Of a stretch of 64,000 bases of DNA, positions 39,705 to 51,554 are shown piece after piece (positions within the stretch are counted from its first letter, which is position 1; each line of letters opens with the position of its first letter). The translations under genes and the position numbers were made by a program. Under the pieces are notes generated by a model. That model was given only the letters and a program-made list of their open reading frames with translations. It did not search any database and was not told the DNA's origin. The stretch is from Octopus bimaculoides (lineage: Eukaryota), in assembly GCF_001194135.2 (NCBI RefSeq), contig NC_068982.1, positions 110,643,468 through 110,707,467 of the forward strand. Reading direction: 5' to 3'.

Positions 39705-40417
39705 TGACGATGAAATTATAGCTATTATGTAGGTCTAAGTTAACTAAATTTGGTGCCTATTTAATCAAATGAAAAAGAAGCCCTTGGAAACAACTAGACA
39801 AAGATGAAAGTAAATTGTAAGGCAACATAAGGAAAATTAGCTAAGTTTAAAATTCAGAATCAACTTTTTTCTGTCCTATAAAATAAGTAATACTTCCTCT
39901 CTATCCTTTAAAAAGCAAAGGTTGTTTGTTTGTTTGTACGTTGACCGTTGAAAACACTAAATAAAATTGACATTATTTCAGGTTTTTTGTGTCATTTCAA
40001 TTAAATTTGACCATTCCGCAGATAACTGTGCATTTATTTCCCGAAAACGGAATGGGGATGGGCGAGTCGGTGGTATTGTGTATTTGACCGTATGCTTTTT
40101 ACACAAACGGCATGCCTATACAAGAGTACTCCACCGAATTTGTTTCCTCATAACTTTAAGGAAAATGGGTATTTTTAAATAAAATTTTCTATAGGTACCC
40201 TTGCAATGATGTAGATTCAACCTATATCGGAATTTGCTGTGAAAACTGTTTTTAGCTCCCATCAAAGCAGAATCGTTTGAGTTTTCCGAAACTGGTCTCT
40301 CGACTCGAGGGAAATGTTTTTCACAACAAACTCCGATATTATTGGAATCCATCAACTTTCTTTTGTTCAGTAAAGTATGTAATACTTGTAGTGATATAAA
40401 GTAATAGAGCTTATTAC

Positions 40418-40448
<31 letters not shown>

Positions 40449-41040
40449 NNNNNNNNNNNNNNNNNNNNNNNNNNNNNNNNNNNNNNNNNNNNNNNNNNNN
40501 NNNNNNNNNNNNNNNNNNNNNNNNNNNNNNNNNNNNNNNNNNNNNNNNNNNNNNNNNNNNNNNNNNNNNNNNNNNNNNNNNNNNNNNNNNNNNNNNNNNN
40601 NNNNNNNNNNNNNNNNNNNNNNNNNNNNNNNNNNNNNNNNNNNNNNNNNNNNNNNNNNNNNNNNNNNNNNNNNNNNNNNNNNNNNNNNNNNNNNNNNNNC
40701 CCACACATTTCTTTATAATCGTAATGTATGCAGTTTAAAAAGATAATTGTACAAATTTTCATTAAAAAATACTCATTTTCCTCAAAGTTACGAGCGAAAA
40801 AGATTGGGGTCGTGTGAATTTTCCGAAACTCCTCTCGCCCCACCCTCGGAATAAGACTTTCGCATAAATCCGTGTATACTCTGAATGTACAGCATCTAAA
40901 CGGGATTTGTTGAAAATTTCGTGAAAAAGTATCCATTTTTCTGGAAGTTATGCGGCAACACTGAATGGGGGGAAACATCTGTAATTATGCCTGAAAATCT
41001 GTTGTCACTCCCATCAAAACAGAATCGTTTGATCATTTTC

Positions 41041-41409
41041 AAGCAACTTCACATTTTACTTTCACTCTTCTGTAGTTGTTTTCATGAATCTCTTCTATTT
41101 CACAAACGAGGTTCCACTTGAATCTACAGTATAACTACAATTTCATCCATATGTAACTTCACAATTTCATCTAAAACCATAATAAAATCAGTATAACTAT
41201 GATGACCATTCCTTAACACTTATATGTCTTTCAGATTCCTGTGCTGCCAGCTGACTAACTCAAACAACATCTATTTCGGCTTCTACAATGCCACACCAAA
41301 AGTTCCATTTCCGTCTATGTTCAATACGATCTAAGTGAATAACTTTCAATATTCATAGTACAATTTTGGCAGCTTTTTCAACCCATTCAATGACGGGTGT
41401 TTCTGCTAG
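41041..41409 (+). mobile_element. Right arm of inverted repeat; Helitron-like 3' terminus (hairpin plus CTAG|T)
   Basis: Ends acccattcaatgacgggtgtttctgCTAG|T, an imperfect GC hairpin 7 nt before CTAG and followed by T. Confidence 0.65.
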
Positions 41410-43019
41410 TATATATATATATAAAGCGTATGTGTGTGTATGTGTGTATCTGCGCGTTTATATGACTAATACAAATACTTAAAAACACAAGCTTAAATTA
41501 TTTTTCTTTAAAATATCTGAAAAGTCTACGACTCAGCCGGACTCTATACATGGAAAAGTAACGAGTATATTTATACCAATGTAATACCTTACATTTATAC
41601 AACAACATCAATACATTTCTAGTTTGCAAAATTACATATTGAGTAGTACAACTGGAACGTGATTATTCTTCAATTTAACTAAATTGTGTAGGCTGAAGAT
41701 CGAAAGAAGAAACTGCCAGTAACTGCATCCAACTTGTACTTTTCAGTATATAAATATTTTACTCTAATTATGGCATCGAGTTTTCTCATTTTTGATGTTA
41801 TGTCTGTACACTACACAATAAACGGTCAACCCCCCCCCCCCCCCCACTCACCCCCTCTCCGCTCGTGCTACAGAGAGTGAGAGAGAAAACAGCATGTTGT
41901 AAGTTGTAATACAAGGGAGAATTATAATTCAATAATGACAAGCTCTCAGACGATTGACTAAATGTGATAATGATTAAACTACAGAAAAATCAACTTATCC
42001 CAAAATTAATTATGCAGATTTTTACTTGCACGAATACATTACATGATTCATATATGACCTGTTTAGCAGCTCAACATGCATAGAATTAGTTAAATCATAG
42101 CCAATATGTAATATTGTAATACATCCCATCTTTATTCAATACATTGACGAGATTTGAGTACATAATAAATAATGAAAGATATAAATAATAAACGGTAACA
42201 AATAGTAAAAGGTATATTCAGTGTTCCATTGACTATTTACTCAATATTTTTCTCTAACAGTAACAAATAACTCGTTCACTTTATCAAGTAAAGATAAAAC
42301 CCTCTGACAAAGGAATATTTTATCTGCTTCTTGAGAGCTCACTCACATCTGATCTGCTCATCTGATTCTTTATTGCAATCCTTGTATCAGTACAAAATCC
42401 ATCAAAATATTTAAAGCACTATTTCAGTTATAAAATTTGTTTCTGGCTTCAGGTTATGTACAAGAAAAGGTAATATGCTTCTGAGTACCTTGGTTAATCC
42501 CACTATCTTTCAATCTTATTGACTCAATTAATTACAAAACCTATGGGTGTTTTTTCTTTATTTGTTATTAAACATTCTAAGAATATTTATTTAATTTTAA
42601 GTCACTAATGTTTATAAGTTACCCGCTTTTAAAGATACGTTTCTGGTATTTCGAAATATCTCCTCAAACTTCCAACCAGAATAAGTTAGTTAAGAGGTGA
42701 TCATACCATCGTTCCAAGAAAAATAACGAAAATTGGATTAGTTGAACTAAATTTAGTTTTAAGAAATAATCATCTGAGGTGATGTTCCTTGCACTGTCTC
42801 ATTATTTAAATTTAATCATAAAATGTACTTAAAAAATATATTTATCGATGTTATATTTTCCTACATTATCATCTTACGACTAATACTATCAAGACGAACT
42901 GCCAAAGTTTTCAAAGATAAGACATAAGTAACAAGGAAAAGATAAGTCCATTAAAATCTTGTACAAAATACGGAAAAATTTATTTCATCTTTATGCCGAT
43001 CCCACAAAGTTTATTTAAG

Positions 43020-43240
43020 GTTGGCGACTTGGTAGAAACGTTAAGACGCAAGATAAAATGCTTAGCAGTATTTTGTCGGTCTCTACGTTCTGAGTTCAAA
43101 TTATGCCGAGGTCGACTTTGCCTTTGTTCTTTTCGGGGTTGATAGAATAAGTACGAGTTGAGCACTTGGGTTGATGTAATTGACTATCCCCCTCCACTAA
43201 GAAAAAAAACAGCCAGGCCTCGTGTTCATAGTAGAAAGGA
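43020..43240 (+). mobile_element. SINE family 1 copy
   Basis: ggcgacttggtagaaacgttaag..ctgagttcaaatt..gaggtcgactttgccttt..ttcggggttgatagaataagtac. Confidence 0.8.
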
Positions 43241-43486
43241 ATAATTTAAAAATAATGATAGGAAATAATGATACGAAAAGCAGAATAAAATTTACTATAA
43301 AGATCGTTTTGACTGAGATTTTAAGGTTCGTCTGACAGATTATTCAACCAGTGTTATAAAATAATACATTTAACAACACTATTTCAGTTGATCCAATAAT
43401 CTATTACTAGTTTATTCCCAAGGAACCTACTACACGTCGAATAATATCCAAAGTAACAGGCTATTGGATTAGCACCTAAAATCTAT

Positions 43487-43532
<46 letters not shown>

Positions 43533-43540
43533 ACAGACAG

Positions 43541-43573
<33 letters not shown>

Positions 43574-43589
43574 GACAGACAGACAGACA

Positions 43590-43629
<40 letters not shown>

Positions 43630-43630
<1 letters not shown>

Positions 43631-44060
43631 GTGTAGTTGTATGGTAAGAAGCTTGCTTTCCAACCACATGGTTCCGAGTTTAGTTCGACTGCGTGGCACC
43701 TTAGGCAAATGTCTTCTACTATAGCCTCGGGCCGTCCAAAGCCTTGTGAGTAGACGGAAACTGAAAGAAACCCGTCGTATATATAGATATGTGTGTGTGT
43801 GTGTATGTGTGTGTGTTTGTTTCTGTATGTATGTGTGTGTCTGTTTGTGTCTGTATTTGTTCCAGACCCACTGCTTGACAAACGTTGTTGGTGTGTTTGC
43901 GTCTCCGTAAATTAGCGGTTGGGCAAAAGAGACCGATAGAGTAAGTACCAGACTTTAAAAAAAAGAATAAGTACTGGTCGATTCTCTCAACTAAAAATTC
44001 AAGGCAGTACCCCAGCATGGCCGCAGTCTAATGACTGAAACAAGTGAAAAGATAAAAAGA
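43630..44060 (+). mobile_element. SINE family 2 copy (first of a tandem pair)
   Basis: Same head, CORE-like segment, microsatellite and tail architecture as 38601-38980. Confidence 0.85.
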
Positions 44061-44061
44061 A

Positions 44062-44480
44062 AAAGACATGTAGGAGTGGCTGTGTGGTAAGTAGCTTGCT
44101 TACCAACCACATGGTCCCGGGTTCAGTCCCACTGCGTGGCATCTTGGGCAAGTGTCTTCTACTATAGCCTCGGACCGACCAAAGCCTTGTGAGTGGATTT
44201 GGTAGACGGAAACTGAAAGAAGCCCGTCTTATATATGTATATATATATATGTATGTGTGTGTGTGTTTGTGTGTCTGTGTTTGTCCCCCCAACATCGCTT
44301 GACAACCGATGCTGGTGTGTCTATGTCCCCGTAACTTAGCGGTTCGGCAAAAGAGACCGATAGAATAAGTACTAGGCTTCCAAAGAACAAGTCCTGGGGT
44401 CGATTTGCTCGACTAAAGGTGGTGCTCCAGCATGGCCACAGTCAAAAGACTGAAACAAGTAAAAGAGTAAAAGAGTAAAG
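44062..44480 (+). mobile_element. SINE family 2 copy (second of a tandem pair)
   Basis: ggagtggctgtgtggtaagtagcttgcttacc..gggttcagtcccactgcgtggcatcttgggcaagtgtc..gactgaaacaagtaaaagag. Confidence 0.9.
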
Positions 44481-44602
44481 AGTATATATATATATATAGT
44501 AAATAAAAAAAAAACGAAGACCAAACAAAAGAAAAAAACAACAACACGAGGACAGCGTACATGCAAAGTATTAACGGACACTCAGGGAAGGAAAGAAAGG
44601 TG

Positions 44603-44637
44603 GTTTTACGTTTCGAGCAAAGCTCTTCTTCAGAAAC
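44603..44637 (-). ncRNA. Minimal type-I hammerhead ribozyme motif (Penelope-type, single-A insertion variant)
   Basis: Minus strand GUUU-CUGAAGA-A-GAGC(UUU)GCUC-GAAA-CG-UA-AAAC: 4-bp stem I, 4-bp stem II, palindromic stem III ACGU, GUA cleavage triplet. Confidence 0.65.
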
Positions 44638-44700
44638 AGGAGGCGGAGGAAAGTCCAAAAGAAAAGGAAGATGGAGGAAAAAAATCGCCAACGATTCACA

Positions 44701-45246
44701 GCCGTTTGGCATCTATTTCTAGCATGTGGCGCTACTAATTAGTGCCCTTATTATAATTATATTCATATAAATATGTATTTTGTATTAATTGTTACCTATA
44801 TGGTTTTATTACATGCTGGCTGCTTGATAAAATCATATAAAGATTTTATCCTTGATTATATATAAATATAAACTACTTCGACTAATATATTCACTCCGGT
44901 ATTCTTTTTGGTCGTATGAGCACGTGGCTGAGGTGAATGAATTAGATTTAGCTTGTATATAAATGTGAACATTTGTATATACGCTTGTGGATACGTGATA
45001 TTCGTATGGATATGTATTAATGTTTATAATTATGTACATTGTGTTGTACCATACTGATGACAGTAAAGGGAGTTACATCCCTAAACTAGAAATCGATCTA
45101 TGGTTAAGCCATAAAAAAAAAAAAATTTTCTTCACTTCCATCGCTTTCAGCCCGTGCCAATGTGGTAAATAATGCAGTTATTAGAGCCATTTGGTGTCTT
45201 TTTCTAGCATGTGGCACCACTCATTAATATCCTTATTATAATTATA
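44701..45246 (+). repeat. 61-bp direct repeats (44701-44761 and 45186-45246; 51/61 identical) defining a 485-nt unit that contains the + strand hammerhead
   Basis: Direct alignment of gccgtttggcatctatttctagcatgtggc...ccttattataattata with gccatttggtgtctttttctagcatgtggc...ccttattataattata. Confidence 0.8.
45048..45105 (+). ncRNA. Type-I hammerhead ribozyme motif
   Basis: ACCAUA-CUGAUGA-[CAGU AA AGGGG(AGUUACA)UCCCU AA ACUA]-GAAA-UCGA-UC-UAUGGU: 6-bp stem I, intact core, palindromic stem III AUCGAU, AUC triplet. The closing pair of stem II is a C-A mismatch. Confidence 0.72.
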
Positions 45247-45256
45247 NNNNNNNNNN

Positions 45257-45289
<33 letters not shown>

Positions 45290-45377
45290 GTATATATATA
45301 TGTATATGTGAATATATATATATATATATGATATATATATGATATGGACATATATATGCATATCAATTCATATACAC

Positions 45378-45424
<47 letters not shown>

Positions 45425-46543
45425 AAGTAAAGTTTTTATCCGACGGCTTTGTCAGTTCACCGTCGTCTTCTACTTTATGTGCGCTCGCGCGCGCGTGTTT
45501 GTGCGTGTATGCATCATAAGATAGATGCATAGATAGAAAGTGAAAGGGAGAGATGAACTGAATCCATGCAGAATCTAAGTTTTTCTGCATTTTCGTATTT
45601 CCGATAAGAATTGCATGGGTCTGTATGAAGAATATTTCGTTCTTGTCTGGGCCTTTAAAACAATTTACATTATTGATATAAAAAAAAAAATATATATATA
45701 TTCTTTGAGTGACCAATATCCTAAAAAAACAGCTTTAAGAATCGCAAGACCGACTATCTCAAGAAAAAGAAAATACATTATAATGGTTCTCGTCACTTGC
45801 GTTAATTTGCGTAGTTTTTATTTTATCGATAGATAATTCCTAGCAAGTCTTTTTCTTCATCTTACTTCTAGGACTATTTCGTTCGATAATGTTTTTTCAT
45901 GCCAAACTACTTTTTTGAGTATTGTTTATTTTTATAGTATCTTGGAGATAATTAATCAGCTATAAAGGTCACAGGGAATAACGAGAAATGATAAGAACAA
46001 CGAAACATCGGCTAAATAATAATATCTTAAAGAATAATGATTAACTGCCATAATTCAACAACAACAATATAATAGCTAAGATGATGAGGAAGAGGAAGAG
46101 AAAAAGAACAATATCAATAACAACAACAGCAACAACAACAATAGCAAAATAATAATAACTATTGAAAAACGATAGCGACGATATTTCGAAACAAAAATAA
46201 GCAATGGAAGAAAATATTGGTAATAAAATTAGCAGAGGAAAAAAAAAAAAAATGTTCCCAAAACACATCCAAACACAATTGTATGAAAGCAACATGAATA
46301 TTAGCTGTCAAAAAATTAATAGATCTGTATATAAAGCTCAGTATATTAGTTATAGAAAATGAATCGTCAATTTCTTTGAGTAAAAAAAAAATAATAAATA
46401 GGAAGGAGAGATAATGTAAAATAGACAAAACAAAAAAATTTATTGTTGCTAGGATGAGTTCAAGAAGAAAAATGTTAGAGCAACGCAAGTTTTTCTTTGA
46501 CCATAGAAATGTAGAAACCGTTTCAGAAGAATCTATGTATGTG

Positions 46544-46583
<40 letters not shown>

Positions 46584-46783
46584 TCTCCTGGGTACAAGTC
46601 GCTCCCACGGGATTAAGACATCATCTCTTTACTCCGCCCAGCAACATCTATATGGTGCAGGTATTGTTTTGAAGATTTGTCATACTCGCCACTCTCGGTC
46701 TGCGGGTTGCCAGGCGTTCTTTTTTAGACAACTAGGCGGGATTTGAACTTAAAGTGCAGAGGGTCGAAACAAATACCGCAAAT

Positions 46784-46814
<31 letters not shown>

Positions 46815-47194
46815 CACACACATGCACACACACATATAAATAAACGTGATGCATAGACACACACACACACACTCATACGCACACACATATATACACACGC
46901 ACACATATTTGTGTTTATATATGTACATACATATATACACACATGCATGCCTGTGTCTGTAAGTGTGTGTCTGTGAAATGTGTGTATGTGTGTATGTATA
47001 ATTGGGAAATTTGAAGTCGACATTTGTGAGTTATGAACTTCGTGCGATGAGAGTTTTCTAAATGCGACAACATTTTTTTGCTAAATATGCGTTCCCGCGT
47101 TTTCAAAATTGAACTCGCGGTTAATGAATTTTTTTGTTACATATTTTACAGATACATACTAGCCGAAAGAATGAAATATAAAAGTCATTTTGGT

Positions 47195-47597
47195 TGGTGG
47201 TAAGTAGCTTGCTTACCAACCACATGGTTCCGGGTTCAGTCCCACAGCGTGGCACCTTGGGCAAGTGTCTTCTACTATAGCCTCGGGTCGACCAAAGCCT
47301 TGTGAGTGGATTTGGTAGACGGAAACTGAAAAGAAGCCCGTCGTATATATGTATATGTATATATATATGTGTGTGTGTGTGTTTGCGTGTTTGTTTGTCC
47401 CCCGCCAACATCGCTTGACAACCGTTGCTGGTGTGTTTACGTCCCGGTAACTTAGTGGTTCGGCAAAAGAGACCGATAGAATAAGTACTAGGCTTCTACA
47501 GAATAAGTCCTGGGGTCGATTTGCTCGACTAAAGGCGGTGCACCAGTATGGCCGCAGTCAAATGACTGAAACAAGTAAAAGAGTAAAGAGTAAGAGT
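47195..47597 (+). mobile_element. SINE family 2 copy
   Basis: Near-identical architecture to 44062-44480. Confidence 0.88.
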
Positions 47598-47799
47598 AAA
47601 TGATTAGACTACAGAAAACATTTGTCTACTAGTTTTATCAAAAGTCCGACTGAGGATCGTTGTGTCCCAATACTTGGATACCACCGTGAAACCCTCGTAC
47701 AGAATGGATAGGCACTAAAATAGATACTAAACATGCACAATCAAGGCATAGGCGTTGCTCTGACTACAGTGGTTCTGGCTACAGTGGTTCTGACTACAG

Positions 47800-47974
47800 T
47801 CCAACTGCGTGGCACCTTGGGCAAGTATCTTCTACTATAACCTCGGGCCGATCAAAGCCTTGTGAGTGGATTTGGTAGGCGGTAACTGAAAGAAGCTAGT
47901 CGTATATATACATACACACACGCATACATATGTGTGTGTAATTTATGTATGTATGTATGTATGTATGTATGTAT

Positions 47975-48051
<77 letters not shown>

Positions 48052-48155
48052 CGTGTCTGTGTTTGTCCTCCACCACCACTTGACAACCGGTGTTGGCGTG
48101 TTTACGTCTCCATAACTTAGCGGTTGGGCAAAAGACACCGATAGAATAAGTACCA
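47800..48155 (+). mobile_element. SINE family 2 copy lacking most of the tRNA head and truncated in the tail
   Basis: Starts at ccaactgcgtggcaccttgggcaag, preceded by a 15-bp tandem (ctgactacagtggtt, 2.7 copies, 47760-47800). Other decayed pieces at about 20330-20440(+), 36410-36500(+) and 62690-62790(-). Confidence 0.82.
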
Positions 48156-48884
48156 AGATTATCAACAAAATAAATGAATAATCAAATAAATAAATAAATA
48201 AGTACTGGTATACTGTGTAGTGGTATATGGATTTATAAGTTACCAGCAGAGATTGATGGAGTTAAAGGTAGAACCTATAGAGATCAGAAAATGTTGTAAT
48301 GGCTAAAATTAAGGGAAAGAGAGTGAGTTAAATTGCTTCTGGAATATAGTTAAGTATCGATCCAGTCAGGTAGTGAAATAATCTTTTAGTATCTCGATAG
48401 GTACTTTTCGTAGTGACGATATTTCGTGAAATTCTCTGTTGTAATATTCAGTTTGACTGCAGGTGATTTAAGGTTATTGACTATGTAACTCTTTTCAGTT
48501 ATGCATAACCGTGCTTAGGTGTGGTTTGATTGTGTTGATTTCTGCCTCGTAAATAATCGCTTCTGCATTGCATGGCTAACTGAAGAGACATACATTTGTA
48601 TTCTTTGCATTTGCTGTTTGATTATTATATTTTTCATACTGATGATTTATTTGTAACTCAATTTAAGGCCATTTCTGTTAAATAGGTTTCTATTCGGTGG
48701 TTGATAAAATAAAAGTTTATTAAGGGCATGAATTTTTTTTAGCAGTGTTAGATTTAATGTTTAAAGGTTAGGGAGAGAGAATCAGTTAAACGGAGGTGTC
48801 GCTTTTTATTATTGGATGACGTAGGCTCAAGGTTAAATGTAATTTTATCTATGAATCTGCTTGTGTTATTGAAGTAGAGAACCG

Positions 48885-48937
<53 letters not shown>

Positions 48938-49024
48938 CATTTACATATATGTGGGTATGTGTGCCTGTGTGTGGTGTGAGCGTTTATTTTGTGTGCATAT
49001 ATATGTATATATGGATGCAAGAAC

Positions 49025-49058
<34 letters not shown>

Positions 49059-49386
49059 ATACTTACACATTTGTGTGAGTAATTTTTTAGCGGGATGTGT
49101 AAAGAACTGAAGATTGATGAAACTAGTCACAAATATCAACGTGATTTATGTGTTGTAATTTGATGTGAGTCGTTTATGAGTTAAAACTCCTACCTGGAGT
49201 AGATGTTTCCCGTCCATTTCTCAGGGGATCGATAAAATAAATATTTATAATATGCAAAAGTTGATTCACTGACAAAATAACAAGTCAAAAAATAAGTAGC
49301 CTAGAAAATCAATAACATATACTCTAATCCTCCTATTGAGCAATTTTAATCTTGAGTGAAGTTTTACATCACACAAAATTAATCCT

Positions 49387-49600
49387 TTAATGAATCATGA
49401 CATCCCCATAACGCTGGAATATGTCTCCCATCTTAACACCGTTAATAAGAATGAGAAATGAATATTTACTTGGATAGGATGCTAGAGTATTGAAGGTAAC
49501 TTTTTTACTTTTTATGATTTGATCAAATGAAAGAGGGGCAGCATCAATGACCCATTGTAGGTCTCGTAGATTGACAGAGGACAGAGAATATCTAGATACC
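49387..49600 (-). mobile_element. Possible pogo/Tigger transposase remnant
   Basis: RYSLSSV..IDAAPLSFD..KVTFNTLAS..NGVKMGDIFQR loosely resembles pogo (N)MDETPLTFD..K..FTVVL..DGxKL..IFKR. Weak. Confidence 0.25.
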
Positions 49601-51271
49601 CATACATCGGATATCTGGCTTGAATCTTGCAGCATAATGAAGTCCACTAAAGGCATACAAGAGCCAGTTGGTATTAAACTGAACGACAGATTACATATAA
49701 TATTCTAGAAAGGGCAAAGTCCATTCGTCCTACAAGCTTCCAGCGATGTAATTTAACCAAGGCATGGTCGATCCAGGTCTATGGTAGAAGGCAAGCATTT
49801 TTCTCATTAGGATCAAATCCCGTGATTGCAAAGAAAGCTACACGGATGCTCCTAATCCACTCTCTGCTTGTTGATATTAAATACATATTTATATTTGACT
49901 GATAATATAGAATTTTGTGCAATCGAATATAATTGGTTTAAAGAGTAATTAGACAGATCACAAAGTATTCTAACAACAATATACGCTTTTATTTTCTCTG
50001 GTTAGTTTTAAAACTTGTTTACACATTTTCAAGCTAAAGGTGTGCGGTGTACGTCTAGCGATTGTTTCCTTTGACAACTCAGAACGCGCCTTTTTGAGTT
50101 TGCTCTTTGGAACAATCTAGGTATAGATAGAAAAGATAAAATTTTTACGTATTGTGTATATATACTCAGAAACGAAGTTGAGCATAATACATAAGACACT
50201 TGTCGAATGAAAATGCTTATTGAGAGATAGATATGCAGAAGTTAAGAGCGACACAGTCGTGTTTACTTCATTTAGCGTTCATTTTATTAGGTTTGGTTAA
50301 TTCTTCTTGTCATAATAAAAACAATGTAAAACTATATTTTTCAAGTTAAGGCAAATGTCAATATTTTTGTCAACTTATCTCTCATACATTATCGAGAGTG
50401 ATCTAATATCAAATTAATCCCTTAAGTTTTGAGCAGGCTAGTGTATCAAAACAATATTACTGCAAATAAAAAGTATTTTGCCTTATCTGGACACCAATGC
50501 TCTTTAGATAATTAATCCTATTTCAATTTCTAAGATTCTAGAAAATTATTACGCACTACCGAAGAAGCCTTTATGCGGTCACCCAATCTGTAAAAAGTTT
50601 CAGTCAAATACATTTTAAGGATTAAATAATTAATTATACAAAGTATATAAAGAACTAATATCATAGATCTACACAAAATACATCTAATAAATAAAAATAA
50701 AAATAAATGCTATTCCCTCTCAAATTACCTTTCTGAACATGACACGCAAAATGAAAGATTCTTCAGTACCACAGGCGGTATTAGAAACACCTTCATGGAA
50801 ATAAAATATTTTACAATCACTCTCGATGTTCAAGAAATATTCTTATCAACTGAACACAGAACATCCATTATTCCAAATTATACTAAAATCAGGCTAAACT
50901 GATACTTTCACTGGGGAAGTGGTTTGGTTACATTTATAAAAAACGTGCAATCAATAAAAAAAAAACAGATATCATAAATGGCATTCGTAAAATAATGGGT
51001 AACGATACGACGCATGAAGTTACTACGCGCATTAATATATATAAACAGGAATCCCTCGCGCTACGATTACCTCAGGTTACGTGATTTTGCGTTTACAGGA
51101 ATTGTAAAGCATGTCCCCCTACTTTCGGGATACGACCTGTAATTTCGCTCCTATGGTAATTCTGATAAATCAAGAGAAATTACACTTTCTTCTTAGCCAA
51201 GAGACTACTTCTCAGCATTTTAGGTAAGATGCAACACAGACAGACAGACAAACAGACCGACAGACAGACAG

Positions 51272-51382
<111 letters not shown>

Positions 51383-51554
51383 TGAGTGGGCAACGCAAGA
51401 AAGGGGAACTCAAGTCTTTTAGTAGGAGTTATATTATCATTTAAAACAGTTTGAGTCGACCCCATGCAACTTAAAGTTTTGGAGACTTCTTACAGAAACT
51501 TACTTTAAGTCGTATGGAACCGAATCAAATTGTTTTAAATAATAATAATTATAA

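Noticed and set aside
49107-49128. CTGAAGA..GAAA-CTAG-TC hammerhead-like core with palindromic ACTAGT
   Set aside because: Only 5 nt lie between the cores (no stem II) and there is no stem I pairing.
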